Source of the DNA: Bacteroidales bacterium
GTDB taxonomy: Bacteria > Bacteroidota > Bacteroidia > Bacteroidales > UBA3824
Reading direction: 5' to 3'
NCBI GenBank assembly: GCA_017962175.1
Contig: JAGCVU010000003.1
Span: 21-64,020, forward strand
DNA: 64,000 bases
The position numbers were made by a program, and so were the translations under genes. A model generated the notes under the pieces. The model made no database searches. It saw only the letters and a list, made by a program, of their open reading frames with translations, and was not told the DNA's origin. Below, one piece after another: positions 9,512-17,404 of this stretch (position 1 is the first letter of the stretch; each line of letters begins with the position of its first letter).

Positions 9512-10216
9512 TTAGAATAAGGGACCTTTGCCGTTGAAGTTTTTCAAGGATAATGTATCAATGTCGATATTGCAGCCGAGGGTGTTGCATTCGCTGAGGG
9601 TTTCGGCTATGGTGCTGAGTATCGGCAGGTCGAGCGGCATTAGCATTGTAAGACGTACACCTGAATTAAAAAATCTTACCTTGGTGTCGGTATGGTGACG
9701 ACAATCCTGAAATGCAAACTCCTTTTTGATAATATCTTTTTGTAGAGGCGAAAATTCGTTTCTCGACAGTGTTCTTACTGTGGCTTTAAACTTGATTTTG
9801 CCGTCAACACTGCCGTAGGGCGAAAGAATGTAAATTTTTACCTCGCCAGTAAGGTCGTATTCCACGCTACCCTTACATTCGTTGCGGGCAATGGCGGGCC
9901 AATAATCGTAAAGTCCTTTGTTGTTTTCGGCGTATTTGGTGAGATATTTCAATGCCTCGATGCTTCCAATTGCCGCCATATCTGAAAGAGCGGTTTTTAC
10001 ATCATCGTCGTTTTGAGATACTTCGAGAATGTCGGCGGTTTGGTGAAAAGAGCGGCAGTTTCGTCCCGCTTCGCGCCTACGTTGTGAAAATTCGGTATAG
10101 TCGATCTGTTCGGCGAGCGGTATTTTTTCGGTTACAAACTCCACCGGTTTGGCGTAGTCGATACCGTATTCTTTTTTGAGGTAATCACGAAACGAGTCGG
10201 TCTTGTTTAGAAGCAT
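9512..10216 (-). CDS. hypothetical protein, tightly coupled downstream of the histidine kinase
   Basis: 234 aa ORF. Its start codon lies 2 nt after the stop of the kinase gene. I recognise no family motif apart from one HEAT-like segment (AAIGSIEALKYLTKYAE). Confidence 0.55.
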   Translation of the reverse strand: MLLNKTDSFRDYLKKEYGIDYAKPVEFVTEKIPLAEQIDYTEFSQRRREAGRNCRSFHQTADILEVSQNDDDVKTALSDMAAIGSIEALKYLTKYAENNKGLYDYWPAIARNECKGSVEYDLTGEVKIYILSPYGSVDGKIKFKATVRTLSRNEFSPLQKDIIKKEFAFQDCRHHTDTKVRFFNSGVRLTMLMPLDLPILSTIAETLSECNTLGCNIDIDTLSLKNFNGKGPLF

Positions 10217-10218
10217 AG

Positions 10219-12189
10219 TTACGACGGTTGTGTGTTATATCCTATGGCAAAGTGAAATAGCGAACCCTTTTGAGGTTCGGATTCAATAGAGATGTTGCCG
10301 CCGAGCATCTGAATGTAGCTGTTGCAAATAGAGAGTCCTACACCAATGCCTCCATGGGTGCGTTCAAGCGATTTTTCATCGCCTTGCTGAAATGTGGAGA
10401 ATATTTTTGACTGCATTTCTTTGCGAATGCCGATGCCGGTGTCTTTTACAAAAAACTCGATGGCGTTGTCTTTGCCTATGTATTTGTAGCCAAACGAAAC
10501 TTCGCCTTTTTCGGTGAATTTCAATCCGTTGTCTACCAACGTGGACATTATACGGTGAATTTTGGAACGGTCGGTGTAGATGTAAGATGCAAATTGATCC
10601 AAGCCTTTTTGTGGTATTAGGGCAAGACCCTTAATTTCAGCTTTGTTTTTAAACAGGTCGAAAACATCGTCGATGAGGTTGTTGAGACAAAACGACGAGT
10701 TTGAAACCTTTACTTGGCGGGTTTCTATCTTGGATAGTTCCACAATGGAAGTAACAATGCTTTCGAGGTTTTTGGCTGCTTTGAATACAGTGTCGGCGTA
10801 TTTAAACTGTTTTGGAGTGAGTTCGCCCGAACGCAAAAGAAGGTCGCTAAATCCGATAACACTGTTGAGCGGTGTGCGAATTTCGTGACTAATGTTGCCA
10901 AGAAATGCTGTTTTGAGTTTCTCGTTTTGCTCGGCTATCTCTTTGGCTTTGATCAGTTCTTTTTTGTAATGATAATCTTTGATTTCGCGTTCCATAAGAG
11001 GAGCAGCGTAATCGGCAATACCGTTTACAAAGTCTTTTTGGCGTTGGTCGTATCCGTTGGGCGCATCGGCGAGACCTATCATTCCCACTAACACATTTTT
11101 GTTGAGTATCGGGGTAATGAGTATATGACTATGTCCGTTGATGTTGGCGCGCAATTGCTGTTGCTTGGTTTTCAAAGCCTCCAAAGCTACGGGAAATATA
11201 GTCAAGTCGGCAATATATTCTCCGTCGGCGTTGGTGAGCGAGTATTCTGTGGCGGGGTCGTCAACCGACAACACCTTTATGCTAGTATCGTCGATTGGGT
11301 AGCCGATAAATCCGCACGGGCTTTGTGTATTGTGCTGAAGCAGAGCAATGATAGCCTTGTAAACGTTGCCGTCGCCACTGAGAGCAAATGCTTTGGATAT
11401 TTCGTTTTTTACCAAAAGGTCGTTGCGCTGTTCTATTTCGGCTTTAATGTCGTTAAACACAGCTGCAGCGTAGCCAATTCGAGGCGAAAACATCTTGATT
11501 TCCAAGTGTCGATGGTTTTGAGGGTTTTCGTACACCTCTTTCATAGCGCGACCGTGCATGGCTATGCGCTCTAATTTCGACGACAATTCTTGGTATATTT
11601 TGGGCAACTGTTTCGATAGGGTGCGACCCACAATGTTGTCGCGTTCTACACCGAAATAAATTTCAAATGTGGAGTTAACGTCCACAATTTCAAAATCTGA
11701 CGAACCGTCGTAATTCTCTGTTTTTTTGAGAAATAAAAAACCCGATGTCATATTCTCAAACAACATTTTAAAGTTGTTGTTGTCTAAGTCGATGTCGGGC
11801 GATAGGGGATTGGTATTTTCGGTGAGTTGCAGAAGTAGCCCGCTAAACATACGTGCCGCCTTGATTCGGTATGTTACTCCGCGTATGCCGCAAAGAAATT
11901 CTGTTACCTTATTGTCGGTCAGTGCTTTTTGTATTTTGCTTTTGACTGTGTCTTCGTGTAGCTCGGGAAAAACTTCGAATAGCGGCATAGGAGTAGAGCC
12001 GGACATAGTATGAGCCGTAATGATAGATGCACTGTGGTTTCGGTTGATGATTTTTAATTCCGAATCGCACAATATCACACCATCCGTATGACTTCCCAAC
12101 AGATTTGACATAATATCCATACCAGCATCTGAAGAAAGTCTTTGCAGACAGTTGCAGTCTGAATTCATATTTTGGTTGTCGGTCTCCAT
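10219..12189 (-). CDS. cytoplasmic PAS/GAF sensor histidine kinase
   Basis: 656 aa with no TM segment. It has two PAS-like regions and a GAF-like region, H-box FLGNISHEIRTPLNSVIGF, N box DNGLKFT, G1 DTGIGI and G2 GGIGVGLSI. Confidence 0.85.
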   Translation of the reverse strand: METDNQNMNSDCNCLQRLSSDAGMDIMSNLLGSHTDGVILCDSELKIINRNHSASIITAHTMSGSTPMPLFEVFPELHEDTVKSKIQKALTDNKVTEFLCGIRGVTYRIKAARMFSGLLLQLTENTNPLSPDIDLDNNNFKMLFENMTSGFLFLKKTENYDGSSDFEIVDVNSTFEIYFGVERDNIVGRTLSKQLPKIYQELSSKLERIAMHGRAMKEVYENPQNHRHLEIKMFSPRIGYAAAVFNDIKAEIEQRNDLLVKNEISKAFALSGDGNVYKAIIALLQHNTQSPCGFIGYPIDDTSIKVLSVDDPATEYSLTNADGEYIADLTIFPVALEALKTKQQQLRANINGHSHILITPILNKNVLVGMIGLADAPNGYDQRQKDFVNGIADYAAPLMEREIKDYHYKKELIKAKEIAEQNEKLKTAFLGNISHEIRTPLNSVIGFSDLLLRSGELTPKQFKYADTVFKAAKNLESIVTSIVELSKIETRQVKVSNSSFCLNNLIDDVFDLFKNKAEIKGLALIPQKGLDQFASYIYTDRSKIHRIMSTLVDNGLKFTEKGEVSFGYKYIGKDNAIEFFVKDTGIGIRKEMQSKIFSTFQQGDEKSLERTHGGIGVGLSICNSYIQMLGGNISIESEPQKGSLFHFAIGYNTQPS

Positions 12190-12473
12190 ACCCTTAGCTT
12201 ATTTTTTCCTACCCCAAATATAATCATTATTCTTTTATTATGTGTCACATTTTTATAAAAAAATCACAGAATTTACAATTATTTTACATCAAAGCACTCT
12301 CATCTATCGATGCTATCTGTCACGGTGATAAAAAAATACACTGTAAAAGTGATGATAAATATATTTTATTCTTTGACAATTATTTTCTTTGGAACGTTCT
12401 TTGTAAGTCAGATACAGAACACATTATTTAATAGTAAGAACAGGAAACAAATAGAAATATATACTCGAAGATC

Positions 12474-14447
12474 ATGAAAAGGCTGAAAATCTGTATAGTG
12501 GCGTTACCAATATTACTGGCGTCGTGTGGCGGAGGCGGCGAATCGCAACCGTCGGGTGCCAACATCTACCGCGATGCCACGCTTCAGAGGATATACAATT
12601 GCCGTTTTACAGGAAGCTCGTCAGACGTGGTAAAATACATTGGCAGTGAGCTTCCAGAATACCGCAAGGCGGCTGCGTATACCATCGGTGCTATGCGCGA
12701 CAGCCTTAATATCATGGGAGTGATTTCGCTTTTAAACGATGAAGATTCTGGCGTGCGTCTTGCCGCTGTAAATGCTCTCGGACATGTGGGACATCGTGCC
12801 GCTGCCGCTCATCTTCAGCTTGTGTCGGCTTCCGACAAAGACGACGGTGTGCGTCAGGCTGCTTTGGTGGCTCTTGGTCAATGTGGAACAGCCGACGACC
12901 TCAATTATATTTGTTCGCAAAACTATATGCCGCAACATCCTCAGATGGCTATGGCTCAGGCTGAAGCTCTGTGTATGATGCAACGTCGCGGAGTGCAACT
13001 GCCTCAAGCTTTGGCAAAGGCTGCCGAAATACTTGCCGACAAAAAAGCCGATGCTCATATCAAGAGTGTGGCTGCAGAGTTTTTTGCACAATATACCGGC
13101 GACCTTGCTCCATATACCGATATGCTGGCTACTGCTTATAAATATGCCGAATTGGTGTCGGTGCAAACTGCCATTGCCCGTGCATTAAGAAATTGTAATA
13201 CCGAACGTGCTCAATATCTTTTGCAACGAATTATTACTCAAGATACATGCGACTACCGTGTGCGAATTGCCGCCATTGAATCGTGTGCGGCGTTTCGCTA
13301 TCGTGATTTTAAGGAAGATATGGTAAAACTTGCCTTCGACACCGACGACCGCATTGCCTCAAAAGCTGCCGAGTTTATACTTAATAAAGGTGTCAAGGCT
13401 GACACATTGCTTTATCGCGATATGGCGGATAAAGTGCCTTGCTGGAAATCGCGTGCGATTATGCGCGGCGCTGTGCTCAAATATTCAAAGGATATCAAGG
13501 CTCTTACCGAGGCTATTGTGGAGGGCATTGGCGTTACCAACAATATTATTGAGCGTGAGGCTTTAACACTGGCGCTGGGTTCAAGTATCCAGAGTTTTAG
13601 GTTTGTGGAATGGGATATTCTCTATTCTGAAAACCGTGTTACACGAATGTCGGCGTTGCGTGCTCTTATAGCAATGTTTGAGCAACCCGAGTTTGATGCC
13701 GAAAGTCGCAAAAGGGTAAAAGAGGGTAATGCTTCGTTGTACAAGGAGTTTTACGAGATATTTCGCAAAACTGTGGTGCGTGGCACTGCCGAAACTGCAG
13801 CCCTTGCCGCCTACACCATTGCACAAAATTACGACAAGTTTTATCTTTTTGTGGGCAACACATATTTTCTCAATCAAGCTCTCGACAAATGCAGTTTGCC
13901 TGAAGACGAAAAATATTACCGTATGATATTGTCGGCTATCAAAACTGTTAACGGACAGGATATTGAATACAACGGACCGTCTACAGCCGTGATGCCCGAT
14001 TGGGATTATATCAAACGTATAGAACCCGATCAACGTGTAAAAATCAAGACCTCGCGCGGTGATATTGTGCTGCAACTCAGGGTCAACAATGCTCCTGTGG
14101 CTGTGCAATATTTCTTGAAATTGGTGGATTGCGGATATTTCAACAACACCACACTTTATTTCCGTTCGCCCGGTACGGTTGCCAACGACGGCAGTCTTTC
14201 TGAATTTGAGCAGACCCGCGAGGTGGTAATACCTTGCGAACCGTTTTATGGCAGTGTTACCGAGGGATGTGTGGCTTTGGCGCCCAACACCGATATGAAT
14301 GTGTATTCAAACAAATGGTACGTGTCGCTTATGCCCGATGCTTCTACAAGTTATGTAAGCACCGTATTCGCCTCGGTGATTGAGGGTATCGACAATCTGC
14401 ACAATATCCAAGATGGCGATGTGGTGATAATGGCTGAAAAGTTGTAG
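12474..14447 (+). CDS. lipoprotein with N-terminal HEAT repeats fused to a C-terminal cyclophilin-type peptidyl-prolyl isomerase domain
   Basis: Lipobox LLASCGG. HEAT/PBS-lyase-like repeats (RKAAAYTIGAMRD, GVRLAAVNALGHVG, GVRQAALVALGQCG). The C-terminus (VKIKTSRGDIVLQLRVNNAPVAVQYFLKLVDCGYFNNTTLYFRS) is cyclophilin-like. Confidence 0.75.
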   Translation: MKRLKICIVALPILLASCGGGGESQPSGANIYRDATLQRIYNCRFTGSSSDVVKYIGSELPEYRKAAAYTIGAMRDSLNIMGVISLLNDEDSGVRLAAVNALGHVGHRAAAAHLQLVSASDKDDGVRQAALVALGQCGTADDLNYICSQNYMPQHPQMAMAQAEALCMMQRRGVQLPQALAKAAEILADKKADAHIKSVAAEFFAQYTGDLAPYTDMLATAYKYAELVSVQTAIARALRNCNTERAQYLLQRIITQDTCDYRVRIAAIESCAAFRYRDFKEDMVKLAFDTDDRIASKAAEFILNKGVKADTLLYRDMADKVPCWKSRAIMRGAVLKYSKDIKALTEAIVEGIGVTNNIIEREALTLALGSSIQSFRFVEWDILYSENRVTRMSALRALIAMFEQPEFDAESRKRVKEGNASLYKEFYEIFRKTVVRGTAETAALAAYTIAQNYDKFYLFVGNTYFLNQALDKCSLPEDEKYYRMILSAIKTVNGQDIEYNGPSTAVMPDWDYIKRIEPDQRVKIKTSRGDIVLQLRVNNAPVAVQYFLKLVDCGYFNNTTLYFRSPGTVANDGSLSEFEQTREVVIPCEPFYGSVTEGCVALAPNTDMNVYSNKWYVSLMPDASTSYVSTVFASVIEGIDNLHNIQDGDVVIMAEKL

Positions 14448-14448
14448 A

Positions 14449-15078
14449 TTAATTAAAGTATCTACTCCAATGGTAGAGGTTGTCGTCTTTGTGCCACATT
14501 TTAACTTCCCAGCGTGAAATGCCTTCAGCAACATTGCTTTTCACTTTTTGCTTGGTTCCGGGTTTGGTATACCAGCACCAACGCATAAATTCGCGGTCGA
14601 TGTCGCCGTTGAGGGCTATTTCTTTGCGGAGAGTGCTGCGGGTAAAAGCTCCACAGCCTTTGCTGAAGATAAAGTGTGCAACAGCCAATTTGCGGCTACC
14701 TTTAAGGTTGGTGAGCTTTTCGGCAGTGCGTATGGCCTGACGAAAATCGCTTCTGAGTAAGCTGTCGGCTTGCTGTTTGGTAATTTGAGCAGGGAAATGC
14801 TCACCTTTGCGAATGATGTGGCCGTAGCCGATTGTGAGGTTTCCTGAGGCACAGCGGTAAGCGTGACCGTTGGCAAATCCCTCGTGGTGTTTGATAAATG
14901 CTATAACTTCTTCGTAGTTTTTTTGCCAACTTTGTTCAAGAGCTTCATCAAGATTGAACGGTTCTACAGTTTTAATTTGGTGCCTAACGTTTTCAGATTG
15001 CTCAGACATTAGGTTGCCTCCTGTGGTGGCAAATGTCAGCACGACTACCATCGCGCCGGTTTTTAATAGGTTATTCAT
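14449..15078 (-). CDS. GH24 (T4/lambda-type) lysozyme with an N-terminal signal or signal-anchor
   Basis: IKHHEGFxxxxYxCxSGxLTIGYGH matches the catalytic-Glu block of the lysozyme family. The start was trimmed to MNNLLKTGAMVVVLTFATTGG. Confidence 0.75.
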   Translation of the reverse strand: MNNLLKTGAMVVVLTFATTGGNLMSEQSENVRHQIKTVEPFNLDEALEQSWQKNYEEVIAFIKHHEGFANGHAYRCASGNLTIGYGHIIRKGEHFPAQITKQQADSLLRSDFRQAIRTAEKLTNLKGSRKLAVAHFIFSKGCGAFTRSTLRKEIALNGDIDREFMRWCWYTKPGTKQKVKSNVAEGISRWEVKMWHKDDNLYHWSRYFN

Positions 15079-15230
15079 TGTTTTGTTTGTCTGGTTAAAT
15101 CGGCTGCAAAGTAACGGCGTTTTTACAAACTGCCCAAACAAAAGGCGTTAAGCATTCGCAAAGTTTTGATTAAGACCAATATATAATGCGTAATGCAAAA
15201 TTTATAATAAATAGTACTTTTTGTAAGCCG

Positions 15231-15294
15231 TAATTTGTAATGCATAATTCATAATGCATAATTCATAATTATTACTTCATAATGAATAATTATC
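15231..15294. repeat. heptanucleotide microsatellite (CATAATK)n, left arm of a composite palindrome
   Basis: TAATTTGTAATGCATAATTCATAATGCATAATTCATAATT...CATAATGAATAATTAT has a 7-nt period. Confidence 0.85.
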
Positions 15295-15310
15295 CACACA
15301 CAAAAAATAT

Positions 15311-15334
15311 AGGGACGCGGCGTGCCGCATCCCT
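15311..15334 (-). terminator. GC-rich hairpin downstream of yajC (terminator-like)
   Basis: AGGGACGCGG-CGTG-CCGCATCCCT forms a 10-bp stem with one G-U-type mismatch. It contains ACGCGGCGTGCC, whose reverse complement recurs at 17391-17402. Confidence 0.5.
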
Positions 15335-15350
15335 ACATCTGGTAAAATTA

Positions 15351-15396
15351 TTGTGCATTATGCATTGTGCATTATGCATTATGCATTATGCATTAT
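15351..15396. repeat. heptanucleotide microsatellite in inverted orientation (GCATTRT)n, right arm
   Basis: TTGTGCATTATGCATTGTGCATTATGCATTATGCATTATGCATTAT abuts the yajC stop codon. Confidence 0.85.
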
Positions 15397-15732
15397 CTAC
15401 TGCTGCTGTGGCATGTCGGTGGTATCTTTGATGATAGCCGACTTTTCGAAACTTACGTTAACGCCTTCGGCGATAGCAACGATGATGGTGTTGTCGTTTA
15501 CCGACTGTACCACGCCGTGAATGCCGCCTATGGTAACGATTTTGTCGCCTTGCTTGAGTTCGTTGCGAAATTCGGCAAGTTCTTTTTGACGTTTTTGCTG
15601 AGGACGAATCGTGAAAAAGTAGAATACGGCTATCATAGCCACGATCATGATGATGAACGAGAAGTTCATACCCTGGGGTTGTTCGCCAGCCGCGCCGGTG
15701 GTGGCTGTAAGTATTGTCAAAAGAGTGTTCAT
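15397..15732 (-). CDS. yajC: preprotein translocase subunit YajC
   Basis: 111 aa with a single TM segment, then RPQQKRQKE...LKxGDKIVTIGGIHGxV, the YajC signature. Confidence 0.9.
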   Translation of the reverse strand: MNTLLTILTATTGAAGEQPQGMNFSFIIMIVAMIAVFYFFTIRPQQKRQKELAEFRNELKQGDKIVTIGGIHGVVQSVNDNTIIVAIAEGVNVSFEKSAIIKDTTDMPQQQ

Positions 15733-15753
15733 TGCTGTATGTGTTTATGGGGT

Positions 15754-16191
15754 TTATAATTCGTTTTTAACTTCGCCTGTGATCACCAGCTCAAAGATGT
15801 CTTCTTCGCTGTTGGAGAATATCCTGATGGTTTTGTATTGAGTGCCGGCTTTGCCGTTTGAGTCGAATCTAACTCTTACCGAACCTCTCTCGCCGGGTTT
15901 TACGGGGTCTTTGTCGTATTCGGGCACTGTGCAGCCGCACGATGTTTCTATTTTTGAAATCACAATGTCGGCTTTGCCTTGGTTGGTGTATTTAAATTCG
16001 GTACTAACTTGTTCACCTTCGAGAATTGTTCCGAAGTTGTATACCGTGGTATCAAACTTAAAACTGCCTTTGAGTGTGGAGTCGGCTTCGATTGTTTGGC
16101 TGTCGGCATTTTCGTTGCCCTTGGGGGTACTTGTGCATGCCGCTGCCATCACTGCAATTGCCGCTATATATAATATAAGGTGTTTCTTCAT
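15754..16191 (-). CDS. DUF1573 domain lipoprotein
   Basis: Lipobox AAACTS. FKFDTTVYNFGTIxEGE...SCGCTVPEY...PGE is typical of DUF1573. It occupies the conserved position between nusB and yajC. Confidence 0.8.
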   Translation of the reverse strand: MKKHLILYIAAIAVMAAACTSTPKGNENADSQTIEADSTLKGSFKFDTTVYNFGTILEGEQVSTEFKYTNQGKADIVISKIETSCGCTVPEYDKDPVKPGERGSVRVRFDSNGKAGTQYKTIRIFSNSEEDIFELVITGEVKNEL

Positions 16192-16213
16192 TTTAATTAT
16201 AATTAAAAATTAA

Positions 16214-16234
16214 GCATTGTGCATTATGCATTAT
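16214..16234. repeat. short heptanucleotide array (GCATTGT GCATTAT GCATTAT)
   Basis: Three units spanning the nusB stop codon region. Confidence 0.7.
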
Positions 16235-17165
16235 TTTCAGCCACTTTCATTATGCGTTTTTGTTCGCGGAGCACTTGTGTTATTTTGTCGAGCACTCCGT
16301 TGATAAATGTGCAACTACGCGATGTAGAATAGTTTTTGGCAAGCTCGATATATTCGTTGAATGTTACTTTGAGCGGTATTTCGGGGAAACATTCAATTTC
16401 GGCTGTAGCTGTTTGCAAAATTAATATATCTAAGAATGCAATGCGCTCGATGTCCCAGTTGGTGGTGCACTCTTGAATTAGTTTGCGGTATTCTTCGCTT
16501 GAAGCCACTGTTTTGTCGAAAAGACGACGGGCAAATGCTGCGTCTTCTTCGTTTTTGTACATTGGCATAAGTGCGTACTCGCTGCTGTATCCTATTCTGT
16601 AACGTTCAATAGTGCGAAGTACCATTCCTATGATAAATTCGGCACTGTCGGTCCAGTAAATGCTCATTTCTTCGAGAGTTTGATAAAGAAGGTCGCATTC
16701 GCATATAACTTGCGAGTAAAGGTATTCGGCAATTTTTTTGTCCGCCTCGTACGATGCCTTGGGAGCTTCCATATAAGAAATGTATTCTTGGCTCTGCACA
16801 AGGTCGTTGTATAATCGTTTGATGAGTTCGGGGTATTTGTTCCACGACAGTTTAGAGGCTGTCATTTGTTTTTGGAGGGTGGTGTTTTCTCTCCACTGCG
16901 CAAAGAGTTTATTGTCGGCAAACTTGGTGTTTGGGTTCAGATCGCTCTGTGTGGCAAGGAGTTTCTGCTTGTTGTTTTCGATACGGGTGGCAGCATAGTC
17001 GCATATGTCTACGCCAAGCTGCATCAGGAAAAAGTAAAGGCTATAAGAGCGTCCGATGCTGAAGTCTAACTCTTTTTCGTATTTGGCGATGTCGCCGTCG
17101 CCGTTTTGATAGTAGGAATAAATGGTTTGAAGCACCTTTATCCTAAGTATTCGCCTGCTAATCAT
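16224..17165 (-). CDS. nusB: transcription antitermination factor NusB (long Bacteroidota form)
   Basis: SRRILRIKVLQTIYSYY at the N-terminus and a NusB fold signature near the C-terminus (RIAFLDILILQTATAEI...INEYIELAKxYS). The start was trimmed to MISRR (ATG at 17165). The track extension MHYELCI... is translated repeat DNA. Confidence 0.85.
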   Translation of the reverse strand: MISRRILRIKVLQTIYSYYQNGDGDIAKYEKELDFSIGRSYSLYFFLMQLGVDICDYAATRIENNKQKLLATQSDLNPNTKFADNKLFAQWRENTTLQKQMTASKLSWNKYPELIKRLYNDLVQSQEYISYMEAPKASYEADKKIAEYLYSQVICECDLLYQTLEEMSIYWTDSAEFIIGMVLRTIERYRIGYSSEYALMPMYKNEEDAAFARRLFDKTVASSEEYRKLIQECTTNWDIERIAFLDILILQTATAEIECFPEIPLKVTFNEYIELAKNYSTSRSCTFINGVLDKITQVLREQKRIMKVAENNA

Positions 17166-17207
17166 TTCTGTTAAAGAACTATGTTTTATCGTTTTGTTTT
17201 CAGGGGG

Positions 17208-17215
17208 CAAAGTTA
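17208..17215 (-). promoter_or_regulatory. -7 box (TAACTTTG on the minus strand) for nusB
   Basis: The plus strand reads CAAAGTTA, about 43 nt upstream of the nusB ATG, directly downstream of the heptamer array. Confidence 0.5.
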
Positions 17216-17240
17216 TAAAAAGAAATGTTAATGCAATATT

Positions 17241-17312
17241 AATAATGCATAATTCATAATGCATAATTCATAATGCATAATTCATAATGCATAATTCATA
17301 ATTCATAATAAA
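17241..17312. repeat. longest heptanucleotide microsatellite, about 10 units of CATAATK
   Basis: AATAATGCATAATTCATAATGCATAATTCATAATGCATAATTCATAATGCATAATTCATAATTCATAATAAATA. Confidence 0.9.
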
Positions 17313-17313
17313 T

Positions 17314-17356
17314 AACCCCGGACATCAGCGCCGATGGCGTATTGATGTGCGGGGCT
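17314..17356 (-). terminator. long GC hairpin downstream of the 17405-19639 gene (terminator-like; repeat family member)
   Basis: AACCCCGGACATC...GATGTGCGGGGCT. A homologous hairpin lies at 19796-19842. Confidence 0.55.
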
Positions 17357-17404
17357 ACAAATATACTGTCTTACTGAAGGGTTGTGACGTGGCACGCCGC
17401 GTAG

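Noticed and set aside
14449-15078. Lysozyme as a marker of a prophage
   Set aside because: No phage structural, lysis-accessory or integrase genes occur within at least 10 kb on either side.
15367-15759. 130-aa ORF starting MHYALCIMHYLLLLW
   Set aside because: Its N-terminus is simply the translated heptanucleotide repeat, and the remainder is antisense to yajC.
17166-17264. N-terminal extension of nusB (MHYELCIINIALTF...)
   Set aside because: The extension runs through the -7 box and into the heptamer array. NusB homology begins at MISRRILRIK.
15231-17312. Heptamer arrays considered as a possible degenerate CRISPR array
   Set aside because: The period is only 7 nt with no spacers, so these are microsatellites. 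No 28-37 nt direct repeats separated by unique spacers were seen anywhere in the window, including 61129-63643 next to the Cas13b-like gene.
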